A stretch of 64,000 nt of DNA, from positions 3,948 through 67,947 of the forward strand of contig JACRAM010000012.1 of NCBI GenBank assembly GCA_016213405.1. Direction: 5' to 3'. The stretch comes from Bacteroidota bacterium (GTDB taxonomy: Bacteria > Bacteroidota > Bacteroidia > Palsa-948). The position numbers were made by a program, and so were the translations under genes. Below, one piece after another: positions 1 to 10,000 of this stretch (position 1 is the first letter of the stretch; every line of letters begins with the position of its first letter). The notes under the pieces are model-generated. The model had not been told where the DNA came from and did no database searches. It saw nothing but the letters and a program-made list of their open reading frames with translations.

Positions 1-3000
1 TGGACCGAACAGCTTTACTTCCACTTTACAAAATCCTACCATCGCTGGAGCAACAACTGCTGATGCGGGTACATATACTGTGAACGTGACGGAAAACGGA
101 TGTACCAGTGTTGATTCAACAGTCAACGTTATTATCAATCAGACTCCGGCTGCTCCTGCCGCTGGCAGCAACACTCCTGTTTGCTCCGGGCAAACTTTAT
201 CGCTTACAGCAAGCACCATTGTGGGAGTAACTTATTCGTGGAGCGGACCAAACGGATTTACTTCCACTGCGCAAAATCCAACAATCATAAATGTTACCGT
301 TGCTGCTTCGGGAACTTATTCTGTATTTGCATCCATTGGCGGATGCACAGGACCTGTGGGAATAACTTCTGTAACGGTGAATCCAACACCTAATCCCGCT
401 GTAGGAAGCAACTCGCCTGTTTGCGAAGGAAATATTTTATCACTCACTTCAAGCGCTGTAGCAGGGGCCACTTACAGTTGGAGCGGACCGAATGGATTTA
501 CTTCCACTTCACAAAATCCAAGCATTGCGGGAGTCACTTCGTCAAATGCCGGAACATATACACTTACAGTTACTTCCTCTCTCGGATGCGTAAGTAATCC
601 TAAAACAACTGTAGTTACAATTACACCTCCAATCCTAGTAAGTGCGGGTGCGGACCAAACTGTTTGCGCGAACAATGCAACAGTTACCTTGAATGGTTCT
701 GTTTCGGGAGGAACAACCACAGGCAACTGGACAACTTCAGGCACCGGAACTTTCGTACCAACCAGCACAACGCTTAATGCTGATTACATTCCAAGTTCAT
801 TAGATACAGCAACCGGAATTCTAACGTTTACACTTACTTCAACCGGCAATGGCGGATGCACAGCGCAAACTGCTGTAATGACTCTTACAATTACGGACGC
901 TCCAACTGCCAACGCTGGCGCTGACCAGACTCTTTGTGCAAACAATGATACGGTTATCCTCAACGGTTCTGTGAATGCGGCTGCATCTGGTGGAATATGG
1001 ATTTCCTCCGGAACAGGAACTTTCTCTCCTGATAATTTATCACTCAGCACAACTTATATTCCTGATGCAACTGATACTCTTAACGGAAGTGTTACAATCG
1101 TACTGGTTACAACCGGAATCGGAACATGCCTTGCTGATACTGATACGGTTATTGTGACAATCACTCCCGCGCCCATCGTCAACGCTGGCATCAGCACAGT
1201 GGCTTGCAAGAACAATGCAAATGTTCCTCTCAACGGAACTTCTTCCACAGGTTCCGGAATATGGACAACATTGGGAACAGGAACTTTTGTGCCAACTCCA
1301 ACAACACTGAATGCAATATATAATTCAAGCACTCCAGATACAATTTCCGGCTCGGTGATTTTGATTCTTACTTCCACAGGAAACGGAGGATGCAATCCCG
1401 TTACTGACACCATTGTCATCACTTATATTGACAAGCCGATTGTAAATGCAGGCGCGGATGTTACCGTTTGCGGAAACAATGCGAGCGTTGCTCTCAGCGG
1501 AACTTCCAACACTGGAAGCGGAACATGGGCAGCCATTGGCGGAGGCGGTACATTCGTCCCGAATTCGCTGAACTCCACTTTCACTCCGAGCGGGGCTCAA
1601 ATCACTGCCGGAACAGCAACCCTTATTCTTACTTCCGCAAACAACGGAACATGCAATTCAGTAAAAGATACGTTGATTGTTACCATAACTCCTGCTCCTA
1701 CTGTGAATGCAGGTGCTGACCAAACTGTTTGCGCAAACAATTCTGTTGTTACACTCAGCGGTTCATTCACCACTTCAACCGGTGCAGGATGGACAACTTT
1801 GGGAAGTGGAACATTTTCGCCTGATACATTCTCAATGGGTGTAACCTATACTCCAAGTCCTGCGGATACTTTTGCCGGAAGTGTAACAATTATTCTTACT
1901 TCAACAGGAAACGGGCTTTGCAATGCTGTTACAGACACAATGATTATTACAATTACTCCTGCTCCTGTTGTAAATGCGGGACCTGACATAATTCTCTGCT
2001 TCTCAAATCTCGTAGCAACGCTTAACGGAACTTCTTCCACCGGAAGCGGAACATGGTCAACTCCCAACGGAAGCGGAACATTCGGCAATGCATCTTCCCT
2101 TGTTACAACTTATACTGCAACTCCTGCCGACACGACTGCGGACAGTGTAATCATTGTTCTTACTTCTGCAGGAAATGGACTTTGCAATCCGGTTACCGAT
2201 ACGATGATTATTACTTTCGACAACTTCCCTTCTGTGAATGCGGGCAGCGATGTAACTGTCTGTGCGAATGCAGATACAGTTTTCCTCAATGGAAGTTCAA
2301 CAACCGGTTCGGGCGTGTGGACAACAAGCGGAACAGGAACTTTCTCTCCTGATTCCATCACCTTAAATGCTTTTTATATTCCGAGCGATAGTGATACGAT
2401 TGCCGGAACTGTTACGCTTACGCTGACATCCCTCAATGGATGCGCGCCTGTTGCCGATTCCATCATCGTAACTATCACTCCTGCTCCTGTTGTAAATGCG
2501 GGTCCCAACCAAACTATTTGTGCAACTCAAAATACAGTTTCCCTCAATGGTTCTGTTTCATCAGGCGCTACTACCGGACAATGGACAACACTTGGTTCCG
2601 GAACATTCTCTCCGGATGATTTAACATTGAATGCAACTTATAGTATAAGTACGACTGACAGTGCTGCCGGAAATGTTACGCTCATACTTACTTCTACCAA
2701 CAATGGAAATTGTCTTGCCGTTTCCGATACTGTTAAATTATTTTTCTTGCAACCTCCCGTTGCAAATGCGGGAGCCGACCAAACTGTTTGTGCAAACAAT
2801 GCCGCTCAACTGAATGGAACAATTACCGGAGGAAGCGGAACCGGAATCTGGACAACTCCTAATGGCAGCGGAATATTTGCTCCGGGCAATACCTCACTCA
2901 ACGGAACTTATACGCCAAGCATCAATGATGCATTAACAGGAAATATTATTCTTGTTCTTACATCTACAAACAATGGCGGCTGTACTCCATCAACAGATAC

Positions 3001-5545
3001 TGTAATAATATATGTAAATCCAGGCCCCATAGTGGGTGCCGGTACGGATCAGTTTGTATGCTCAGGCAGCGACTCAATAACTCTTAATGGAACTGTATTG
3101 AATTCAACTGGTGGTCAATGGACTACTTCCGGAAACGGAACATTCTCTCCCAATGATTCCACCCTTAATGGAAATTATATTTTCGGAAGCAATGACACAA
3201 GCACTGTAACGCTCGTGCTCACATCCACCGGAAACGGACAATGCGTTGCGGTAACAGATACGATGATTCTCATTATCGGAAGAACTCCTGTTGCGGCATT
3301 CTCCGGTTCTTCGGCTTGCACAGGGCAAACGGTTACATTCACTGATGCTTCCACTATTGTAAATGATACGATCGTTTCATGGGACTGGATAATTGACGGA
3401 GGAACAGATACACTTCAAAATCCAATTCATACGTATACTATTTCCGGCACAGATACTGTCACTCTTATTGTAACCACAAATATCGGCTGCACGGATACTG
3501 TGGTGCATGTAATAAATATAAATCCAACTCCTGCCGCATCATTCAGTTTCACGGTTGATTGCGTGAAGGATTCTGTATTCTTCACTGATAATTCTTCCAT
3601 CGCCTCCGGAAATATTATTTCATGGAACTGGAATTTCGGTGACGCTACTACAAGTCCATTGCAAAATCCCGTTCACTCCTACTCCACTTCAGGAACATTT
3701 ACGGTAACGCTTACTATTTCTTCCGATTCAGGATGCACGGCAACCGCTGTTGATACAGTTGTTTCATGCACAAATGTAATTGCCGGTTTTGTTTCTTCGG
3801 ATTCTTCTGTTTGCACAGGGCAGACAATAGCATTTACCGATACATCCACCGTAATGGCTGGTGACAGTATTATTTCATGGATCTGGAATTTTGGAGATGG
3901 CGGAACAGATACAGTAAAGAATCCTTCCTACTCTTATTCTCTGGCAGGAACATATACCGTAACGCTTATTGTTGGTACAAATGCCGGTTCATCGGATACA
4001 GCGGTGCATATAATAAATGTAAATCCAACACCTGTTGCTTCGTTCAGTTACATCACAACTTGCCTGAGTGATTCTGTTTACTTCAACGACCTTTCTGCTA
4101 TTTCTCTTCCCGGAAATATTATTTCATGGAGTTGGGATTTCGGTGACGCAACTACAAGCACACTCCAAAACCCTGTTCACTCCTACACCACTTCAGGTAC
4201 TGTTACCGTAACGCTTACAGTCACTTCTGATTCCGGCTGTACTTCAACCTATATTGATTCATTGATTCCCGGCAAACCTGTCATCGCATTGTTTGCATCG
4301 GCTTCTTCCGCTTGTGCCGGGCAGACAATTATATTTACAGATACCTCTATAGCAATTAATGATACTATCATTTCATGGAACTGGAACTTTGGTGATGGTG
4401 GAATAGATTCCATACCGATTGTAAACTATACCTACACGCTTGCAGGAACCTACAGCGTAGCATTAATTGTTACAGATAGTGTGGGATGTTCTGATACGTT
4501 AACAAAAATAATTACCATTAACCCAACACCTGTTGCGTCATTCACAGTTCTTACAACCTGCTCGCTTGATTCAGTTTTCTTCTTCAGCACATCAACCATC
4601 TCCAGCGGAACTATTAGTTCATGGAGTTGGAACTTTGGCGATCCTGCTTCCGGTGCAAATAATATTTCTTCTCTTGCGAATCCTTCTCACTATTATGATT
4701 CTCTCGGAGTATATGTTGTTTCGCTCACCGTTACTTCTGATTCAGGATGCACTTCCGCATTTAGCGATACCATTATTCCTGTCAAAGGAATTATTCCCGG
4801 ATTTAATTATTCAGGCGATTGCTGGTTCGCATATACATTCAGCGATTCTTCCGGTGTGGGAACGGGAGACAGCATCACAACCTGCTTCTGGAATTTTGGA
4901 GATGGCACCACTGATTCTACATGCAATCCTATACACTCATATTCCGTTGCCGGCACATATACCGTAACACATATTGTAACCAATGCAGGCGGATGTTCAG
5001 ACACGCTTACAAATGTCATCACCATTCTGCCGCTCCCGATGGCTGATTTCAATCCTACGAACGGAATTTATTATACCACACAGGCAGTTGCCTTCACTGA
5101 CCTCTCCACCAATGCGGTATCATGGGTATGGAATTTTGGTGATGGAGTAAGTGATAATGCGCAAAACCCCTCTCATAGTTTTAACGACAACGGATCGTTT
5201 GATGTAATGCTCATCGTAACAAACACGGATGGCTGTCTGGATACTGTGAAGCATTCATTTACTGTTAAAACATTTGTAGTATCCGTTCCCTCTGCATTCA
5301 CACCCAATGGTGACGGGCAAAATGATGTGCTGTCCGTTCGCGGTGGACCTATGAAAGAAATGGACTGGAGAATTTACAATGAATGGGGCAACGAAATCTT
5401 CCATGCAACTTCACAAGACAACGGATGGGATGGAACGTACAAAGGAAAACTTCAGCCCTCGGCAAGATATGTTTACATACTTACAGGAATAACTTATGGA
5501 GAGGATGTAGTAGATATTCATGGAGATGTAACCATCCTTAAGTAA
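1..5545 (+). CDS. Giant cell-surface adhesin-like T9SS cargo protein (5' end lies left of the window)
   Basis: ORF track 80..5545. The same frame stays open back to nt 2 and encodes GPNSFTSTLQNPTIAGATTADAGTYTV, another copy of the internal SGPNGFTST.QNP..AGTYT module, so the GTG at 80 is not the true start. The translation shows Ig-like modules, 10 tandem NAGADQTVCANN..LNG modules and 8 PKD-like units. It ends with PSAFTPNGDGQNDVL..IYNEWGNEIF..WDGTYKGK, the gliding-motility-associated / T9SS type B C-terminal domain. Confidence 0.9.
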   Translation, partial: GPNSFTSTLQNPTIAGATTADAGTYTVNVTENGCTSVDSTVNVIINQTPAAPAAGSNTPVCSGQTLSLTASTIVGVTYSWSGPNGFTSTAQNPTIINVTVAASGTYSVFASIGGCTGPVGITSVTVNPTPNPAVGSNSPVCEGNILSLTSSAVAGATYSWSGPNGFTSTSQNPSIAGVTSSNAGTYTLTVTSSLGCVSNPKTTVVTITPPILVSAGADQTVCANNATVTLNGSVSGGTTTGNWTTSGTGTFVPTSTTLNADYIPSSLDTATGILTFTLTSTGNGGCTAQTAVMTLTITDAPTANAGADQTLCANNDTVILNGSVNAAASGGIWISSGTGTFSPDNLSLSTTYIPDATDTLNGSVTIVLVTTGIGTCLADTDTVIVTITPAPIVNAGISTVACKNNANVPLNGTSSTGSGIWTTLGTGTFVPTPTTLNAIYNSSTPDTISGSVILILTSTGNGGCNPVTDTIVITYIDKPIVNAGADVTVCGNNASVALSGTSNTGSGTWAAIGGGGTFVPNSLNSTFTPSGAQITAGTATLILTSANNGTCNSVKDTLIVTITPAPTVNAGADQTVCANNSVVTLSGSFTTSTGAGWTTLGSGTFSPDTFSMGVTYTPSPADTFAGSVTIILTSTGNGLCNAVTDTMIITITPAPVVNAGPDIILCFSNLVATLNGTSSTGSGTWSTPNGSGTFGNASSLVTTYTATPADTTADSVIIVLTSAGNGLCNPVTDTMIITFDNFPSVNAGSDVTVCANADTVFLNGSSTTGSGVWTTSGTGTFSPDSITLNAFYIPSDSDTIAGTVTLTLTSLNGCAPVADSIIVTITPAPVVNAGPNQTICATQNTVSLNGSVSSGATTGQWTTLGSGTFSPDDLTLNATYSISTTDSAAGNVTLILTSTNNGNCLAVSDTVKLFFLQPPVANAGADQTVCANNAAQLNGTITGGSGTGIWTTPNGSGIFAPGNTSLNGTYTPSINDALTGNIILVLTSTNNGGCTPSTDTVIIYVNPGPIVGAGTDQFVCSGSDSITLNGTVLNSTGGQWTTSGNGTFSPNDSTLNGNYIFGSNDTSTVTLVLTSTGNGQCVAVTDTMILIIGRTPVAAFSGSSACTGQTVTFTDASTIVNDTIVSWDWIIDGGTDTLQNPIHTYTISGTDTVTLIVTTNIGCTDTVVHVININPTPAASFSFTVDCVKDSVFFTDNSSIASGNIISWNWNFGDATTSPLQNPVHSYSTSGTFTVTLTISSDSGCTATAVDTVVSCTNVIAGFVSSDSSVCTGQTIAFTDTSTVMAGDSIISWIWNFGDGGTDTVKNPSYSYSLAGTYTVTLIVGTNAGSSDTAVHIINVNPTPVASFSYITTCLSDSVYFNDLSAISLPGNIISWSWDFGDATTSTLQNPVHSYTTSGTVTVTLTVTSDSGCTSTYIDSLIPGKPVIALFASASSACAGQTIIFTDTSIAINDTIISWNWNFGDGGIDSIPIVNYTYTLAGTYSVALIVTDSVGCSDTLTKIITINPTPVASFTVLTTCSLDSVFFFSTSTISSGTISSWSWNFGDPASGANNISSLANPSHYYDSLGVYVVSLTVTSDSGCTSAFSDTIIPVKGIIPGFNYSGDCWFAYTFSDSSGVGTGDSITTCFWNFGDGTTDSTCNPIHSYSVAGTYTVTHIVTNAGGCSDTLTNVITILPLPMADFNPTNGIYYTTQAVAFTDLSTNAVSWVWNFGDGVSDNAQNPSHSFNDNGSFDVMLIVTNTDGCLDTVKHSFTVKTFVVSVPSAFTPNGDGQNDVLSVRGGPMKEMDWRIYNEWGNEIFHATSQDNGWDGTYKGKLQPSARYVYILTGITYGEDVVDIHGDVTILK
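638..3285 (+). repeat. Ten tandem ~88-aa (~265 bp) coding modules inside the adhesin
   Basis: The motif (V/A)NAG(A/P/S)DQT(V/I)CANN..V.LNG....G.WTT.G(T/S)GTFSP....LN..Y.PS..D...G.VTL.LTST.NG.C....D...VTITPAP recurs 10 times in the translation. Long stretches also recur at DNA level (e.g. aatgcgggtgc/ggaccaaactgtttgcgc). Confidence 0.85.
3290..5270 (+). repeat. Eight tandem PKD-like domain units inside the adhesin
   Basis: The pattern F.D.S......W.W.FGDG.....NP.H.Y...G.Y.VTL.V....GC.D recurs 8 times in the translation. Confidence 0.8.
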
Positions 5546-5557
5546 AAAAAGAAAAAC

Positions 5558-6661
5558 ATGAAAACTAAAAAAGAAGTTTACGGTTTATGGTCTGCTGTTT
5601 ACGGTTTTTTCAACTATAAACTTATTTTGTTTTTATTTGTAGTAACTGCAAACTGCAAACTGGAGACTGCAAACTGTTTTGCGCAGGACTTCCACCTCAC
5701 GCAGTTTGATGCCGCTCCGCATTATTATAATCCCGCAATAACCGGAGTCTATTTCGGAGAGCAAGCCAACTATAAAATTTATGGCGATTACCGCTCACAA
5801 TGGAAGGCGTTCGGAACAAAACCCTATTCAACAACCTATCTGGCGTATGATATGCCATACAATAACTGGGGCAAAGAATTTGGAGTGGGCGGTTATTTAA
5901 TTCACAGCCGAAACGGCAAAGGCGGCTTGAACACACTCAACTTCATGCCATCAATTGCTTATAAAATCACAAATGATGTGAGCGGACCTCACAACCTTTC
6001 TGTTGGTTTGCAAATGGGCATTCTTTATAAAAGCTTTGACCCGAACAATTTCACCTATGACAATCAGTATAATCCTGATGCAGACGGAGGTTTTGATGTC
6101 AATACTTCAAGCGGAGAGAATTTTGAAAAAACAAGCTGGCTGAAATTTGACGCCAACATGGGTGTCTTTTACAAATACAAAAAACCGGAATGGAAAGCGC
6201 AGCCATGGGGTGGCTTTTCAATTTATCATGCAACAAAACCAAAACAAACTTTTACAAACGTTACAAAAGACCGCATGCCCATGCACTTCATCTTGCAGGC
6301 AGGCGCTGATTATAAAATAAATGAGGATATAAAAATTATTCCATCCCTCCTTTTTATGAAACAGGCAAAAGCGTATGAGTTTACTATCGGCAGTCTTGGT
6401 TTTTATAAAATGAAAGAAACCCCCTACGAAATTATCGGTGGATTAAATTACCGCTGGAAAGACGCCTTCATTATCCAGGCAGGAATGAAATACGAACAGC
6501 ATATCTTTAAACTTTCATACGATATTAATACATCCTACCTTAATAATTACACCAACGGAAGAGGCGCGTTTGAATTTTCTCTGGTGCTTACCGGCATAAA
6601 CGGCAAACCCCTCTTCAATCCAAAATTCTTTCAGGGAAAAGGAACGAACAAATCGCTCTGA
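5558..6661 (+). CDS. PorP/SprF family type IX secretion system membrane protein
   Basis: 367-aa ORF 13 bp downstream of a type-B CTD cargo gene. FHLTQFDAAPHYYNPAITG fits the PorP/SprF N-terminal signature (Q.SQY..N....NPA.AG). The size and beta-rich composition are typical of the family. Confidence 0.85.
   Translation: MKTKKEVYGLWSAVYGFFNYKLILFLFVVTANCKLETANCFAQDFHLTQFDAAPHYYNPAITGVYFGEQANYKIYGDYRSQWKAFGTKPYSTTYLAYDMPYNNWGKEFGVGGYLIHSRNGKGGLNTLNFMPSIAYKITNDVSGPHNLSVGLQMGILYKSFDPNNFTYDNQYNPDADGGFDVNTSSGENFEKTSWLKFDANMGVFYKYKKPEWKAQPWGGFSIYHATKPKQTFTNVTKDRMPMHFILQAGADYKINEDIKIIPSLLFMKQAKAYEFTIGSLGFYKMKETPYEIIGGLNYRWKDAFIIQAGMKYEQHIFKLSYDINTSYLNNYTNGRGAFEFSLVLTGINGKPLFNPKFFQGKGTNKSL
5576..5610. 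repeat. Heptamer array H1 (gtttacg gtttatg gtctgct gtttacg gtttttt)
   Basis: Five phased 7-bp units read directly. They lie in the N-terminal coding region of the PorP/SprF gene (encodes VYGLWSAVYGFF). Confidence 0.8.
5644..5678. repeat. Heptamer array H2 (aactgca aactgca aactgga gactgca aactgtt)
   Basis: Five phased 7-bp units read directly. They encode TANCKLETANCF just before the AQ signal-peptide end of the same gene. Confidence 0.85.
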
Positions 6662-6671
6662 GATTTCCTTT

Positions 6672-6859
6672 CCTCTCCTGTGGGAGAGGGGCAGACCTGT
6701 CCCGATCGAACTTGTCCCGACCGGAGCGTCAGGAGCATCGGGGGCTGAGGGCTTCTGGAGTTAACGCCACTTTTATTTCTCCCCACTTTGAAGAGTGCCC
6801 TCCTCCCATCCTTGTGCAAGGAGGGGACACAGGGGTGGTTGCTTTCTCCGTAGGAGAAA
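6672..6859. repeat. Cluster of GC-rich pyrimidine-run/purine-run hairpins (REP-like intergenic element)
   Basis: Three hairpins are read directly: cctctcc-tgtg-ggagagg (6672-6689), ccctcc..ggaggg (6798-6803/6820-6825) and tttctcc-gta-ggagaaa (6843-6859). A 15-bp direct repeat (c/t)tgtcccga lies at 6696-6722. The region is visibly more GC-rich than its surroundings. Confidence 0.6.
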
Positions 6860-6995
6860 AATAGTAAAAAGAATTCCCACACAAAACATTCCCCTCTCTT
6901 CCCCTAAAATCTCCTGCACACGGGCAAGCGCGAAAACCGTTTCCATAGAAACCTAATCTTTAAATAATAATAATAAAATCTACGATAAATTAATT

Positions 6996-7003
6996 TAACT
7001 TTG
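6996..7003 (+). promoter_or_regulatory. Candidate Bacteroidota -7 box (TAACTTTG)
   Basis: Matches the TAnnTTTG consensus, 6 bp upstream of the ATG at 7009. No clear -33 TTTG was seen. Confidence 0.3.
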
Positions 7004-7008
7004 TACCG

Positions 7009-10000
7009 ATGAAAGTACATTTACTTTTTATTTCTTATTTGTTTTCTGCAATCATACTCCCCTCTCTTTCAGGAGAGAGATTAGGGAGTAAGGTCTCCGC
7101 CCAGCAATGCGATATTATTTATGTAACGGTTAATGGCGCAGCAAGCGGAGCAGCAGGCACGCAAGCCAATCCCGCTGACTTAACGTACGGATTAACTCTC
7201 GTCACCGCCACCGCCAACCAACTCTGGCTCGCCACAGGAACTTATACCATTTCAACTCCGCTTTTTATTCCTTCCAACGTAACCATCGAAGGCGGGTTCA
7301 ATGCAGTAACATGGGCAAAAAGCAACGGTACGCCAAGTATTATTTACCGCGATGCGAATAACCCTGCCGGTCCTCCTGCCAATGCGTTGTTCGCACTGGT
7401 AGGAACAAGTGTTTCAGGTTTTCGTTTGCAGGATTTGACCATCAACACTGCCAACGCTCCCGGAAACGGAACCACTGTCTACGGAATTTATCTCGATGGA
7501 TGCTCAAATTATAATATCACCCGTTGCGAAGTATCAACCGGTTCAGGCGCACCCGGTTTTCCAAGCGTCAACGGAACTCCCGGAACTCCCGGTGGAAATG
7601 GTTCTCCCGGTAATGCCGGAATGGCAGAGCCCGGTCCAATACCCGGAGGAGCAGGAGGAATCGGCACACTTTACAATGGCGGCAACGGAGCAAACACCAC
7701 CGGATACGATAACCAATCTGCCGGTGCAGCAGGTGCAGGAGCATGCGGAGGTGCGGGCGGTGCAGGTGGAACAGGTCCATCCTGTTCTGCCGGATGTTTT
7801 TTTGGTCCTCCAAGTTGCGGTAGCACAACACCCGGTCAGCCCGGTCAGCCCGGAGGAAACGGAACAGTTGGAACAACAGGTACAGTAGGAACACCGGGAA
7901 GTATTGCTGGATGTTATTTTGTTCCTGGCGGTGCAGGAGGAAACGGAGGAAACGGAACGGATGGATGCGGTGGAGGCGGTGGTGGTGCAGGAGGAGGAAG
8001 ACAGGAAAACGGAGCGGATGATTGGGGCGGATCTGGAGGTGGAGGCGGTGGCGGTGGCAGTGGCGGAACAGGAGGAACGGGCGGCACCGGTGGCGGAGGA
8101 AGTTTTGCGGTGTTCCTTTGCAACAACGGAGCAGGAGGAATTATACAAGATTGTTTTCTTAATCCCGGTGCGGGAGGAACAGGCGGCTTCGGCACAGGAG
8201 GAGCAGGTGGTGCAGGTGGAATTGGCGGTGCGGGTGGTGCTGCTGGAGTTTGCTCTAACGGTGTAGGAGGAAATGGCGGCAACGGAGGAAACGGTGGTGC
8301 AGGTGGAGACGGAGGTCCCGGAGCAACCGGACTCAGCATAGTACTCAGCGAAAACGGAGGAACACCCGTTACAAATCTTGGCGTTACTTCTGTGCCCGGA
8401 AACCCTCCGGTCATCACAGTGATGAATCACGGATGCACCAATTCAGAAGTTGTGTTCACTGCGGCAAGTTCTGCCACATGGAATTTCGGAGCAGGCGCAT
8501 CTCCGGCAACAGGCAACGGAGCAGGACCCATTTCAGTTTATTACTCTTCTCTCGGAAGAAAAACCATTTCGTTCTCAGGAACAAACTTTACCGACTTCAT
8601 AAATATTTTTCAGAACGGACCGGCTCTTCCGAGCATCTCTACTGCCAGCACAACAATTGCCTCAGGATGTCCTACCCTCTTCAGCACTTCTTTAACCGGA
8701 ACGTATTACCAATGGTATTTCCCTTCTTCCGCAAATCCTGATTCAGTAGTGGGAGCATCGGCAACCAGCGCAAACAATATTATTTTCTTTTCTACCGGAA
8801 CGTACACGATTTATTTGTATGTAACCACCGCCTGCTGCGGAAGAGTGAAAGATTCGTTAACGGTCACTGTTCTTCCAAGCGCACTGAATATTTCTTTGAA
8901 CCCCTCCCCTGCTTCTGTTTGTGCGGGAAGTTCTCTTACGTTCACTGCCACTCCTCCGGGATATACGGGGTACAACTTTTTTCTTAACGGAGTTTCTGTT
9001 CAGAACGGTGCAGGCAACACGTTCACTTCTTCCACACTTCTGAATGGAGACAGCATAATGGTGATGGTAACGAACGGAACTTGCTTCAACGGTACAAATG
9101 CAATGGTGGTTACTGTCAATCCTGTGCCGGTCGCAAACATTTCTGCACAGGCAAATGTACTCTGCTTCGGAGGAAACAATGGTTCAGCAACTGCATCAGT
9201 TACAGTCGGCGGTTCCCCGTTCACTTATTTGTGGAGCAATTCACAATCAGGAGCAACCGCAAGCAATCTTACAGCAGGAAATTATTCAGTACTCATTACG
9301 GATGCGAACGGATGCACCACTTCTCAAAGCGTATCCATCACGCAACCGGCAGCATCACTTTCGTCTTCGGTTACTTCAACAAATATTACCTGCAATGGAA
9401 TGAATGACGGAACAGCATTTGTTAATGCAAACGGAGGAACCGGAAGTTATACGTACAACTGGTCGCCCAGCGGAGGAAGTGCTGCTTCTGCTACAGGATT
9501 AATTGCCGGAAATTATACTGCTACTGTGACCGATGCGAACGGCTGCACAAACACAAATACATTTACGATTACTCAACCCGCAGTGCTCACGGCTTCGGTA
9601 ACATCAACAAATGTTACCTGCTTTGGATTTAATAACGGAACAAGTACAGTAACCGCAGCAGGAGGAACAGGTGCTTATACCTACGCATGGTTTCCATCAG
9701 GAGGAAATTCTTCTGCAGCTTCAAATCTGTCTCCCGGAAATTATACAATAACCGTAACGGATGTGAACGGATGCACAAATACAAATTCAATAACCATCAC
9801 ACAACCGGGAGCAGCGCTCACTGCTTCGGTAACGTCCACAAATATTTCCTGCAACGGGGCGAATGATGGAACTGCATCTGTGAATGCAAATGGAGGAACT
9901 GTTGGTTACACCTACAACTGGTCGCCAAGCGGAGGAACTTCTTCTTCAGCATCAGGATTAACTGCCGGAAATTACACAACAACTGTAACAGATGCTAACG

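Noticed and set aside
6631-6882. 83-aa minus-strand ORF spanning the PorP/SprF-adhesin intergenic region
   Set aside because: It is made entirely of the GC-rich hairpin and direct-repeat cluster (translated as ..LRSGQVRSGQV..SPTGEERK..). It overlaps the PorP/SprF stop. It is most likely a repeat artefact, not a gene.
7543-8430. Long antisense and alternative-frame ORFs (7543-8430 minus, 7914-8417 minus, 7496-7888 plus, 7904-8266 plus) with Pro-, Ser/Thr/Cys- or Glu-rich translations
   Set aside because: They are by-products of the GGN-codon glycine-rich stretch of the 7009-11235 gene. Their composition is extreme low complexity and they lie wholly inside a well-supported CDS.
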